Assembly: GCA_905478165.1 (NCBI GenBank)
Contig: CAJQHK010000004.1
Location: 27,557-91,556 of the forward strand
Length of the DNA stretch: 64,000 bases
Direction of reading: 5' to 3'
Origin: an uncultured Rickettsiales bacterium
GTDB lineage: Bacteria > Pseudomonadota > Alphaproteobacteria > Rickettsiales > UBA1997
The position numbers and the translations under genes are program-made. Within the stretch, counting starts at the first letter, position 1, and every line of letters begins with the position of its first letter. The notes under the pieces were generated by a model. The model was not told the DNA's origin. It made no database searches and saw only the letters and a program-made list of their open reading frames with translations. Positions 9,817 to 18,857 of this stretch are shown piece by piece.

Positions 9817-10246
9817 TAGCCCATATAAGGAAATCTTTGATCTTTATCAAAAAAGAATCAAATGGAAGATTAATATAAAAGAATTAGAAATAAAAGAAAA
9901 TAGCAAAAATCTTTCTGAAAGAATTGTTAAAGAGAAGGAGGAAAAATTATTATTAGAAAACTTACCCGATAATTATATTTTAATCTGCTTAGATTCTGGA
10001 GGGAAGATTCTGTCAACAGAAAATTTATCAAAAATCATTAATGATTATCGTGAATCGAGTATAAAAATTTGCTTTGCCATTGGTGGTGCCAGCGGTTTTG
10101 GCGAAAAAATTAAAAAAAAAGCTGACCACCTTATATCTTTTGGAAAAATTACTCTACCCCACTTAATGGCTAGGTGCGTATTAATTGAACAAATTTATCG
10201 TAGTTTTACCATATCCAGCAACCACCCCTATCACAAGGGTCACTGA
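9779..10246 (+). CDS. rlmH: 23S rRNA (pseudouridine1915-N3)-methyltransferase
   Basis: 155-aa SPOUT protein with ILAIGK, LDSGGK, FAIGGASG and the HPYHKGH C-terminus typical of RlmH. Confidence 0.88.
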   Translation: MFIKILAIGKINNSPYKEIFDLYQKRIKWKINIKELEIKENSKNLSERIVKEKEEKLLLENLPDNYILICLDSGGKILSTENLSKIINDYRESSIKICFAIGGASGFGEKIKKKADHLISFGKITLPHLMARCVLIEQIYRSFTISSNHPYHKGH

Positions 10247-10304
10247 ATTACATTATTTTCCTACTCGGTTTAGAGATTTGTAGATTAAAATCTTTCTTGT
10301 CCTG

Positions 10305-10748
10305 TTATTTATAATATTTTATTTTTTCTCTAGCTAATTCATCAGCAATATCATTATATTTATCACCGCTATGACCCTTAACCCAAAAAAATTCTACATC
10401 ATGTTTTTGCACCAAAAAATCTAACTCTTTCCAAAGATCGGAATTCTTAACTGCCTGTTTTTTAGAATTCTTCCAGCCATTTTTTTTCCAAGAAAAAATC
10501 CATTTACTTATACCATCCTTAACATAAATACTATCAGTATAAATTTCAATTTTAACATTTTTTTTGATGATTTTTAGAGCCTCAATAACAGCCCTAAGCT
10601 CCATCTTATTGTTTGTAGTCTCTAAATCGAAGCCATTAATCCTCTTCTCCTTATCTCCATAAAGCAAAATAGCGCCCCAACCCCCACTTCCAGGATTGCC
10701 ACTACAGGCACCATCAGTATAAATTTTTATTGTATTTTCTTGACTCAT
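10305..10748 (-). CDS. rnhA: Ribonuclease HI
   Basis: Motifs are IYTDGACSGNPGSGGWGA, TTNNKMELRAVIEAL, IYTDSIYV and VKGHSGDKYNDIADELA. Confidence 0.93.
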   Translation of the reverse strand: MSQENTIKIYTDGACSGNPGSGGWGAILLYGDKEKRINGFDLETTNNKMELRAVIEALKIIKKNVKIEIYTDSIYVKDGISKWIFSWKKNGWKNSKKQAVKNSDLWKELDFLVQKHDVEFFWVKGHSGDKYNDIADELAREKIKYYK

Positions 10749-10763
10749 TTATGATTATGCTAA

Positions 10764-10923
10764 TTCCCATTTATAATTGGGATATTTCTAGACGCTCCTA
10801 CAATATATTATGTAGAAAAATATTTTAAGGTTAGAATTATCAAAAAACGACAGCCCTATATTAACAGGATGTAAGGATTTTTGGTAATTAGAAGCTTAAA
10901 AGATAAAACTAGGTCATACTATT
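10764..10923 (+). repeat. Dispersed imperfect-palindrome repeat, family A, copy A1 (overlaps the dxs stop)
   Basis: It shares CCCATTTATAAT...TATGTAGAAAAATATTTTAAGGTTAGAATTATCAAAAAACGAC...TTTTTGGTAATTAGAAGCTTAAAAGATAAAACTAGGTCATA with the copies at 13331, 17521, 42371 and 45011. The left and right arms are inverted complements of each other. Confidence 0.7.
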
Positions 10924-12873
10924 AGTGACCAAATCTACAATAGAACTTACCCCAATCCCAGATTCTTCTTGCATCTTTTCAACTGACTTCTGCTCAATAA
11001 ACTTATCTGCCATGTGAAGAGGGTAAAATTTTAACTTATTTTTAAACAAAATGTCATTTTTTAAAAGAAAATCAGCAATTGTAGAGCCAAAACCACCAAT
11101 AACTCCCTCTTCAATGGTAATTAAGACATCGTGACTTGCTGCTAAATCTAATAACAGTTCTTGATCAAAAGGTTTGGCAAAAATAGCATCAGCAATAGTG
11201 ATATTAATATTGTGTTTTTCTTGTAAAATTTTATCAGCCAGAAGAGCATTATTGATAATTGATCCGAGTGATAGGATGGCAATCCGCCCGCCCTTTTTAA
11301 TAATTTTCCCCTTTCCTATTGGTAATGTTTTAATTTTTATCAATTCACCCCCCAACTTTTCAAGGGTAAGTTCCGAATTAAGGATATTTTGTAATTGATT
11401 AGAAATATTAGTGTTTCCTCTTGGAAACCTAAATGCTGAAGGATTCTTATCAATTGATAAGGATGTTTTGATTGCTCTTGCCAAATCATCACCATCCTTT
11501 GGAGCCATAAGAATAAAGTTCGGTAAATTAATAAGATAAGCAATATCAAAAGATCCTGCATGGGTTGGGCCGTCAGCACCGACAAAACCAGCCCTATCGA
11601 TTGCAAACCTAACTGGTAAATTTTGTATAGCTACATCATGTACAATTTGATCGTAAGCTCTCTGAAGAAAGGTAGAATAGATTGCTACAAAAGGTTTAAT
11701 TTTTTCACAAGCAAGACCAGCAGCAAAAGTAACCGCATGCTGTTCAGCAATTCCAACATCAAAAAATCTATTAGACTTCCTTGGAAATTCTTTTTCGAAA
11801 ATATCAAGACCGGTACCAGTTGGCATGGCTGCAGTAATTGCCACAATATCATTATCTATTTTTGCCAATTTTGTTAAAAACCCACCAAAAACTTTACTAA
11901 AAGACGGGATATCACTAGTTGGAGAGTATTTTTCTCCCGTTTTTGAGTCAAATTTTACTACCGCATGGAGAGAGTCGACGGATGACATAATTTTATTGTA
12001 ACCCCTACCCTTTTCAGTCTTAATATGAATTAAAATTGGAGTGTCAGACTTATCATTCTTAATATTTTCTAGTATAGTCACCAAAATATCTACATTGTGA
12101 CCGTCAACAGGACCGATATAATAAAAACCCATCTCTTCAAAGATATTGCCACCCATCCACCATTCCTTAGCAGCCTTTTCAAATTTTTTAGGGAATTTAG
12201 CAATGGAGTCGGGTAATTTTTTTAAAAACTTCTTAGAAATATCGCGAATTTTTAAATAAGATTTCGATGCAGCAAGACGAGAAAGATAATTGGACATAGC
12301 TCCAACGGGAGGAGAAATAGACATATCATTGTCATTTAAAATGACAATTAAACGATTATGAGCAGATCCAGAATTATTAAGTGCCTCATAAGCCATGCCA
12401 GCACTAATTGCACCATCCCCTACTACAGCAATTATATTTCTTTTTTCTTTTTTAATGTCACGAGCTAAGGCAAAACCAAGAGCTGCAGAAATAGAAGTCG
12501 AACTGTGACCAGCTCCAAAAGGGTCAAATTTACTTTCTGATCTTTTTGTAAAACCACTAATGCCACCCTCTTGCCTAATGGTAAGCATCTCTTCTCTTCT
12601 GCCGGTTAAAATTTTATGGGGATATGATTGATGACCAACATCCCAAATAATCTTGTCATCCGGAGTGTCAAATACGTAATGAAGAGAGGTGGTCAACTCA
12701 ATAACTCCAAGACCAGCACCTAAATGACCACCAGTTTTCGATACTATTTCTATTGTTTGTTGGCGAAGCTCATCCGAAACATCCTGCAACTGAGACCTTC
12801 TTAACTTTTTAAGATCTTTTGGAAACTTAAGATCATTTAATAGTTTATAATTACCAAAATTAATTCCGGTCAT
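10909..12873 (-). CDS. dxs: 1-deoxy-D-xylulose-5-phosphate synthase
   Basis: Motifs are GGHLGAGLGVIELT, the WDVGHQSYPHKILTGR motif, the GDGAISAGMAYEALNN TPP-binding motif, and DRAGFVGADGPTHAGSFD. Confidence 0.95.
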   Translation of the reverse strand: MTGINFGNYKLLNDLKFPKDLKKLRRSQLQDVSDELRQQTIEIVSKTGGHLGAGLGVIELTTSLHYVFDTPDDKIIWDVGHQSYPHKILTGRREEMLTIRQEGGISGFTKRSESKFDPFGAGHSSTSISAALGFALARDIKKEKRNIIAVVGDGAISAGMAYEALNNSGSAHNRLIVILNDNDMSISPPVGAMSNYLSRLAASKSYLKIRDISKKFLKKLPDSIAKFPKKFEKAAKEWWMGGNIFEEMGFYYIGPVDGHNVDILVTILENIKNDKSDTPILIHIKTEKGRGYNKIMSSVDSLHAVVKFDSKTGEKYSPTSDIPSFSKVFGGFLTKLAKIDNDIVAITAAMPTGTGLDIFEKEFPRKSNRFFDVGIAEQHAVTFAAGLACEKIKPFVAIYSTFLQRAYDQIVHDVAIQNLPVRFAIDRAGFVGADGPTHAGSFDIAYLINLPNFILMAPKDGDDLARAIKTSLSIDKNPSAFRFPRGNTNISNQLQNILNSELTLEKLGGELIKIKTLPIGKGKIIKKGGRIAILSLGSIINNALLADKILQEKHNINITIADAIFAKPFDQELLLDLAASHDVLITIEEGVIGGFGSTIADFLLKNDILFKNKLKFYPLHMADKFIEQKSVEKMQEESGIGVSSIVDLVTNSMT

Positions 12874-13268
12874 AAAAAATAATCAAAAAATATTGTCACG
12901 ATGAATAAATTAATTGCTATAATTATCTTAATAAAATCACCACGATGAATAGGTCTTGGATTTTTTAAAAAAACTCTGTCAACAAAGCTTCTTTCGTGGC
13001 TTACTATCTCTTTTTTTGGTGGATAGCATTTGTAGAATAAATAAATATGCCTTATATAAAAAATAATCACTAAAAATGACAAGGCAGATTGTAAAAAGGC
13101 ATTATCAAAAAAATTTACCAATGGCAAGATGATAAAGTAAGACACCCCATAAGATAAAATTACTATGTAAGATAAAGCCTTAAAACTTAATCCAGACTTT
13201 AAAAAAAAGCCAAATAGTAAAGATGTATATTGCTTAATAAGTTGTAAATTATTTTTAAAAAAACCCAT
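12870..13268 (-). CDS. Hypothetical small membrane protein
   Basis: 132-aa ORF with 3-4 hydrophobic segments. Its stop overlaps the dxs start by 4 nt, which suggests coupling. No recognisable family. Confidence 0.4.
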   Translation of the reverse strand: MGFFKNNLQLIKQYTSLLFGFFLKSGLSFKALSYIVILSYGVSYFIILPLVNFFDNAFLQSALSFLVIIFYIRHIYLFYKCYPPKKEIVSHERSFVDRVFLKNPRPIHRGDFIKIIIAINLFIVTIFFDYFL

Positions 13269-13330
13269 ATATTAATATAATTAACTTGTCTATCAAGGGA
13301 TCATATTCTTATAACGCTTCTACCTTATAA

Positions 13331-13652
13331 GACATTATATAACAAAATATTTTAAGACTAAAATTGTCAAAAAAACGACTGCCCTATATTAATGGGTACA
13401 AAGCTTTTTTGACACTTAAAATCTTAAAAAATGAAGCCAGATTACGCTATTACTTATCCAGTATTATAACAAAATTCATTTATAATGCAACTTTAGGTCA
13501 ACTAATTTTGGTTAGAAATTTATTACTAAATTTACGCTTAATATCCGAATATATTTAGCTAAATTTTATGATAATTTTTGGCCAAAACAACAAGCATAGA
13601 TGTTACATTATAGATACACTTTGGTGTTATAGGTGGGAAATTGGCATTATAT
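13331..13652 (+). repeat. Family A repeat, copy A3 (expanded, contains a second degenerate partial copy)
   Basis: AAATATTTTAAGACTAAAATTGTCAAAAAAACGACTGCCCTATATTAATGGGTACAAAGCTTTTTTGACACTTAAAATCTTAAAAAATGAAGCCAGATTA matches A1 and A2. The terminal CTTTGGTGTTATAGGTGGGAAATTGGCATTAT matches the A2 end. Confidence 0.6.
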
Positions 13653-13660
13653 GATTATTA

Positions 13661-14257
13661 CTAACTAACCTTCTCATCACCCGGTAACTGATTTTGGATA
13701 CCGCTCCACGGACTTTCGAAATCAAAATCACGAAACTCTTGAGTTAATTTTACCTTTTCATAAATAACAGCCTTCTTTTCTTCATCATACCTAACCTCCT
13801 CATAACCACTCAAGGGGAAATCTTTCCTTAAGGGAAAATGCTCAAAATTATAATCCGTAAGGATTCTTCTTAAATCTGGATGATTTTTAAACTTAATTCC
13901 ATACATATCAAAAGCCTCTCTTTCTGCCCAATTAGCAGCCTCAAAAACCTTAGAGACACTATCAATAGATTCTCCATCAGACAGAGATACTTTAATAGTT
14001 AGCCTCGTATTATATTTAAAACTCAATAAATTATAAATTACCTCAAACCTAGGGGATCTAATTCCAAGTAAATCTGCGCCGAATAAATCAATTAACATCT
14101 TAAACTTTAGATTTTCATCATCTCGTAAGAATATTAAAAAATCAACTATAGCACCCTTCTCGATAGAAATAATATCATTATAAGAGTTGTGATCTATATT
14201 TTGGATTATATCAGACTTTTTATCTTTAATATACTTTACTTGATCAGAAATATTCAT
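13661..14257 (-). CDS. nuoC: NADH-quinone oxidoreductase subunit C (isolated from other nuo genes)
   Basis: Motifs are LIDLFGAD, RFEVIYNLLS, ANWAEREAFDMYGIKFKNHPDLRRILTDY and PLRKDFPLSGY. Confidence 0.9.
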   Translation of the reverse strand: MNISDQVKYIKDKKSDIIQNIDHNSYNDIISIEKGAIVDFLIFLRDDENLKFKMLIDLFGADLLGIRSPRFEVIYNLLSFKYNTRLTIKVSLSDGESIDSVSKVFEAANWAEREAFDMYGIKFKNHPDLRRILTDYNFEHFPLRKDFPLSGYEEVRYDEEKKAVIYEKVKLTQEFRDFDFESPWSGIQNQLPGDEKVS

Positions 14258-14410
14258 ATTAACTTTTCTTAAAACCTACAATAAAAATCTGCACAAAAAT
14301 AACTTGAACAGTTTCTGAGGATTTTTTAATTTATTTTTTACAAAACCAAACTAATAGCAATGTCCACTTTAAAAACCATGTTAAAAAACTAGGCAATCTA
14401 TCTTTATTTT

Positions 14411-14530
14411 TTTTACCATTATCTACAAAAAACCTTATAAAATGTAGGCATATTCCAGTTATTTTTTATAAATGACAGGTAAAAATATTTGATATATTAT
14501 TTATTTTAAGGTGGGTTTTGGTGTTATATC
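14411..14530 (+). repeat. Dispersed repeat family B, copy B1 (overlaps the 3' end of the 14501..14938 ORF)
   Basis: About 115 bp align with 35591-35710 and, inverted, with 17436-17525. The shared core is ATATTCC(A/G)GT(T/C)ATTTTTTATAAAT(G/A)A(C/T)AGGTAAAAA(A)TATTT..ATATATTA.TTATTTTAA(G/A)GTGG. Confidence 0.7.
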
Positions 14531-14938
14531 ACCCCTACCTTGATTTTTTTTATACCTAAACTTACTCATTTCTGTCTTATTAGAATTATCTTTCTTTCTA
14601 AATTGTCGTTTATTTTGGCTCCCACCTTCTTTATAAGATGATTTTCTGTCAAACCTTCTATTCTTCCTATATTCCTTATTACTATTACTACCATCTTGAT
14701 CATCAGTTCCACTACCCCTTCTCGAACCTCTACTTTCTCTTCTTCTTTTTCTTGCTTCAGCTCTACCTTCACTCCTTCTGTCAACCTCCGACCTTCTTTC
14801 TTTTAATATAGCTTGTTTTTTCTCTTGATACTCCTTTCTTAAATTATCCAATTGCACATCATGACTAGCATGATCGTCAGCTAAAGCAGTAAAAGATAAG
14901 AATGCAGATAGTAAAAATATAAGAAATATATTTCTCAT
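14501..14938 (-). CDS. Hypothetical secreted, highly basic low-complexity protein
   Basis: A Sec-type signal peptide (MRNIFLIFLLSAFLSFTALA/DD) is followed by Arg/Lys/Ser/Glu-rich sequence (RKRRRESRGSRRGS, KNRRFDRK). No family recognised. Confidence 0.5.
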   Translation of the reverse strand: MRNIFLIFLLSAFLSFTALADDHASHDVQLDNLRKEYQEKKQAILKERRSEVDRRSEGRAEARKRRRESRGSRRGSGTDDQDGSNSNKEYRKNRRFDRKSSYKEGGSQNKRQFRKKDNSNKTEMSKFRYKKNQGRGDITPKPTLK

Positions 14939-14946
14939 AATTAAAA

Positions 14947-15816
14947 TTATTTAATTTTTCTTGGATCTGTAAAAACCAACAAAGCTGAAGAAATGTAAAT
15001 AGATGAATAAGTACCTATCAATATACCAAAAAATAAACTTACACTAAACGTCTTTAAAATTTCTCCACCAAATAATATTAAAGCCAAAAGAGCTACCAAA
15101 GTTGTTCCAGAAGTAACTATCGTCCTTCTAAATGAAGAATTAATACTTATATTGATAACTTCAGAAATAGGCATTTTTTTATATTTTTGTAAATTTTCTC
15201 TAACTCTATCATAAATCACTACGGAATCATTTATAGAATAGCCAATTACAGTCAATAATGCAGCAATAGAAGTAGAATTAAACTCCAAAGAAGTTATAGA
15301 TATAAAGCCAACAGTAATAATCACATCATGAAGTAAGGCGACAATTGACCAGATACCAAACTCTAAATCAAAACGATACCAAACATAAATTAAAACAAAA
15401 AAGCACGACAATAATAACGCTAAAATAGCAGACTTTATTAATTCTGATCCAATTTTAGGACCAACAAAATTAACTTCACGATATTCAATATTAGAAAAAT
15501 TTTGACTTAAAGAATTTTTAATTTTTTCAACTAGTTTTAGTTGGTCAGAACTTTTATCCTCTGGAATGCGAATCATAACATCCCTCTCATCAAAAGATTG
15601 AATATTAAATTTTTCTACACCGGAGTTTGAGATAACAGACCTTACCTTGGTAACGTCTACTTTTTCATTAAAACGGGCTTCTATTAATATACCCCCCGTA
15701 AAATCAATACCCAAATTAAGAAATTTCGTATAAAGACTAAGGAAGGATATGAGAACTAACGCAATCGAAAAAACAATTGCCACCTTACGATATTTAATAA
15801 AGTTAATATTTAACAT
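14947..15816 (-). CDS. secF: Protein translocase subunit SecF (no adjacent secD)
   Basis: Motifs are LGIDFTGG, FVGPKIGSEL, GYSINDSVVIYDRVREN, six TM segments, and RRTIVTSGTTL. Confidence 0.9.
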   Translation of the reverse strand: MLNINFIKYRKVAIVFSIALVLISFLSLYTKFLNLGIDFTGGILIEARFNEKVDVTKVRSVISNSGVEKFNIQSFDERDVMIRIPEDKSSDQLKLVEKIKNSLSQNFSNIEYREVNFVGPKIGSELIKSAILALLLSCFFVLIYVWYRFDLEFGIWSIVALLHDVIITVGFISITSLEFNSTSIAALLTVIGYSINDSVVIYDRVRENLQKYKKMPISEVINISINSSFRRTIVTSGTTLVALLALILFGGEILKTFSVSLFFGILIGTYSSIYISSALLVFTDPRKIK

Positions 15817-17223
15817 TTATTTACCAATCATTATTCTGTCAACCAACTCAGATATTGTTGGTATATTACCATTTTTATAAAAAGGATCTGTTGCAAATCT
15901 ATAAGCGTTATGACCAGCAAACATTAATTGGTTTTCTATATCTCTTCCAACCCTAACATCCTGTAAAGTTTTTTGAATACAAAAACTTCTTGGATCAGCC
16001 TTCTTGCCATTTGAAAAATTAGCTTCAGGATCTTGAGTCCAATTACTAAAGCGACACTGACTTAGGCAGCCCATACAATCAACCTGATCTTGAATAATTT
16101 GTTCAGATTTTTTCTTGGCAACAAAGATAACAGTATCATCAGGTGTTTTCATTAACTCATCAAATCCATCATCTTTCCACTTTAAAGCTTTTAATTTATC
16201 TTCTTTTTTTACATAGATCAATCTCTTCCTTGGTCCAAATTCTAAGGAATCAGTGAAATCATCATCAGATTTTGACTTAAACTCAACTTGCCTACCTTCA
16301 ATATCTTTCAACTCTCTAATAAAATCATTCTCTACGGCTGAAGAATAAAAACCTGTTGGGCTAAATCTGTTAAGATATACATCTCCATCCTTTAAGCTGA
16401 AAAACTTTTTTTTCCACGAATCAGATACGGGATATTCCTTAGTTAAGATCGGTCTAGTACCAAATTGAAAAACTACAGGACCAATATCTGGATTATCAAG
16501 GTAATATTCATATTCTTTAATATTCCAAACCCCCCCAGCAACAACTATAGGAACGTTATTCAGACCTACAGAGTTCATAAATTTTCTTATCTCAACAACC
16601 CTTGGATAAGAATCTTGGGGCACATTTGGGTCTTCAGAATTAGATAGACCATTATGACCTCCTGCACGCCAAGGACATTCATAAACTACTCCACCAAGTA
16701 ATGTTGCCATGTTTTTATAACTCCTTTTCCAAAGAGCTCTAAAAGCCCTCATTGAGGAAACAATAGGATAATAATAAACATTATATTTGGCAGCAATTTC
16801 GGCCAATCGATAAGGCATTCCAGCACCACAAGTTACGCCATGAATTAGTTTATTAGCCTTAGAAAGGATGCCGTGAAGTATTTCCTCGGCGCCACCCATT
16901 TCCCACAAAACATTAATATGAATCCGGCCATTACCACCAGAAATATCATTAGCTATTTTAGCTTGAGCAATACCTCCATTAATACCATAATCAATCAATT
17001 CCCTATGTCTTTCTGACCTAGTTCTGCCACGATAAATCACCGGAACTAAATTGCCATTTTCATCATAATAATCAGCATTCACACCAGAAAAAGTACCTAC
17101 GGCACCAGATTTTGCAAAATGTCCAGCGGTTATACCGTTAGTTACTCCAACTCCTTTTCCGCCCTCTATTATCGGTAAACATTCCTTATTTGATATAATG
17201 TGAGGAGTAATTTTTTTTAACAA
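15817..17223 (-). CDS. Nitronate monooxygenase / 2-nitropropane dioxygenase family flavoprotein, long form (468 aa); TTG start
   Basis: Motifs are PIIEGGKGVGVTNGITAGHFAKSGAVGTFSG, GVTCGAGMP and VVAGGVWN (a TIM-barrel FMN-binding pattern of the NMO/FabK superfamily), with a C-terminal extension containing a CMGCLSQC motif. Confidence 0.6.
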   Translation of the reverse strand: MLKKITPHIISNKECLPIIEGGKGVGVTNGITAGHFAKSGAVGTFSGVNADYYDENGNLVPVIYRGRTRSERHRELIDYGINGGIAQAKIANDISGGNGRIHINVLWEMGGAEEILHGILSKANKLIHGVTCGAGMPYRLAEIAAKYNVYYYPIVSSMRAFRALWKRSYKNMATLLGGVVYECPWRAGGHNGLSNSEDPNVPQDSYPRVVEIRKFMNSVGLNNVPIVVAGGVWNIKEYEYYLDNPDIGPVVFQFGTRPILTKEYPVSDSWKKKFFSLKDGDVYLNRFSPTGFYSSAVENDFIRELKDIEGRQVEFKSKSDDDFTDSLEFGPRKRLIYVKKEDKLKALKWKDDGFDELMKTPDDTVIFVAKKKSEQIIQDQVDCMGCLSQCRFSNWTQDPEANFSNGKKADPRSFCIQKTLQDVRVGRDIENQLMFAGHNAYRFATDPFYKNGNIPTISELVDRIMIGK

Positions 17224-17435
17224 AATTAATAATTTGAATTAAACTAACTCATTCAACAAAAAAACCTTTGACCAATCTTAATTTTACAATAGGATCTTGC
17301 TAAATAGAAACGAGACTACAAAAGTTTTATCTTAATTTGATAAATTTGAGATGCAACGAAAACATGTATCACAATTAATATTCATGTAAAAAAACAAATC
17401 TTGCTACCACATTTTTACAGAGTCTTAAACATAAC

Positions 17436-17525
17436 ATAGCCGTACCAATCCCCTTAAAATAAGCAATATATCAAAATTTTTCTATCTATCATTTAAAGAA
17501 ATGACTGGAATATGAGTGCCCACTC
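17436..17525 (-). repeat. Family B repeat, copy B3 (inverted orientation)
   Basis: The reverse complement GGCACTCATATTCCAGTCATTTCTTTAAATGATAGATAGAAAAATTTTGATATATTGCTTATTTTAAGGGGATTGG aligns with B1 and B2. Confidence 0.6.
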
Positions 17526-17650
17526 TAACAGGTTGTAAGGCTTTTTGATGATTTTGGGATAAAAAGATAAAAAAACTACCTTAACTTGTGTATTTTAAGG
17601 TTGGAAATTGCTACTGGACCTTAAAATTATCATAAACGACAACTACGTCA
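17521..17650 (+). repeat. Family A repeat, copy A4 (circularly permuted: right arm precedes left arm)
   Basis: TAACAGGTTGTAAGGCTTTTTGATGATTTTGGGATAAAAAGATAAAAAAACTA (the A right half) is followed by TATTTTAAGGTTGGAAATTG...TTAAAATTATCATAAACGACAAC (the A left half). Confidence 0.5.
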
Positions 17651-17661
17651 TTCTTATAGAT

Positions 17662-18810
17662 TTATAATGAAAATTTATTGTCAACCCTCTCCCAACTAAA
17701 CAAACCTCTTTTAGGGTCATAATTTCTACCAAAATGACCGTAGGTTGCTGTTGGTAAATAAATTGGCTTGTTTAACTGAAGTAACCCCCTAATACCACGT
17801 GGCGTGAGGTCAATATTTTTACTAATTAAGTTTACAATTTCACCCTCGGGAACCACAGAAGTTCCGAATGAATTAATATAAATAGATATAGGTTCTGCGA
17901 CTCCAATAGCATAAGACAATTGAATTAAACATTTTTTTGCTAAATTTGCCGCCACAATATTTTTAGCCAAATATCTTGCAATATATGCTCCAGAACGATC
18001 AACCTTAGTATAGTCTTTACCAGAAAAGGCGCCGCCACCATGAGCAGCTGCACCACCATATGTATCAACAACAATTTTTCTACCAGTTAGCCCGACGTCA
18101 CCCTCTGGACCGCCAACAATGAATTTTCCAGTTGGGTTAAAAAGAAATTTTGTTCTTTCGGTTACAAATTTCTTTGGAATAGTTTTTAAAATTATCGGCT
18201 TAACTTGAGCGATAATATCAGAAATATCCATAGATTCTTGGTGCTGAATGGACAATAATACGGTGTCAACATAATTGATATCACCATTACCTCCATAAGC
18301 TAATGTTACCTGACTCTTAGCATCAGGACCAAACCCTGAAATCTTTCCACCCTTTTGATCCTCATAAATCTTGCGCAAAATTTTGTGAGAATACATTAAA
18401 CTAGCAGGCATCAACTCCTCAGTCTCTTCACAAGCATAACCAAACATAATTCCCTGATCACCAGCACCCTCGCTATCTCTACCAGCTCTATCTACGCCAA
18501 GAGCAATATCTTCCGATTGCTTATTAAACAAGAATTCAATGGCAATTTTATCATAGCTAAATTTACCAACAATATATCCAATATCCTTAATTAAGATTCT
18601 AATCCTATTTTCAATATCTTTATAATCCGGTACAAAATTAGAGCGAATTTCACCAGCGATTATAATTTTAAAAGGAGTAACGAAACTCTCCGCCGCTACC
18701 CTAGAATTAACATCCTTCTCAAAAAAATAATCTAATATTAAGTCTGAAATTTGATCGGCAATCTTATCTGGGTGACCAGCCGATACAGATTCACTAGTAA
18801 ATAAGTACAT
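17662..18810 (-). CDS. metK: S-adenosylmethionine synthase
   Basis: Motifs are FTSESVSAGHPDKIADQISD, GAGDQGIMFGYA, GGPEGDVGLTGRKIVVDTYGG and HGGGAFSGKDYTKVDRSGAY. Confidence 0.95.
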   Translation of the reverse strand: MYLFTSESVSAGHPDKIADQISDLILDYFFEKDVNSRVAAESFVTPFKIIIAGEIRSNFVPDYKDIENRIRILIKDIGYIVGKFSYDKIAIEFLFNKQSEDIALGVDRAGRDSEGAGDQGIMFGYACEETEELMPASLMYSHKILRKIYEDQKGGKISGFGPDAKSQVTLAYGGNGDINYVDTVLLSIQHQESMDISDIIAQVKPIILKTIPKKFVTERTKFLFNPTGKFIVGGPEGDVGLTGRKIVVDTYGGAAAHGGGAFSGKDYTKVDRSGAYIARYLAKNIVAANLAKKCLIQLSYAIGVAEPISIYINSFGTSVVPEGEIVNLISKNIDLTPRGIRGLLQLNKPIYLPTATYGHFGRNYDPKRGLFSWERVDNKFSL

Positions 18811-18857
18811 TTGTAATAAAATAAATTAGGTTATTTATTCTTAAATAATAATGGCTA

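Noticed and set aside
13364-13558. 64-aa ORF in the dxs-nuoC spacer
   Set aside because: It lies inside family A repeat copy A3. The equivalent frames in copies A1 and A2 are interrupted or different, so the sequence is conserved as DNA and not as protein.
15817-17223. The long-form NMO/FabK-like flavoprotein as the missing trans-acting enoyl reductase for the ER-less PKS
   Set aside because: Trans-ER enzymes of PUFA and trans-AT PKS systems do belong to this superfamily. However, this gene is about 36 kb from the PKS, sits flush against secF among housekeeping genes, and I cannot distinguish it from FabK or ordinary NMO by eye. The link is therefore not supported.
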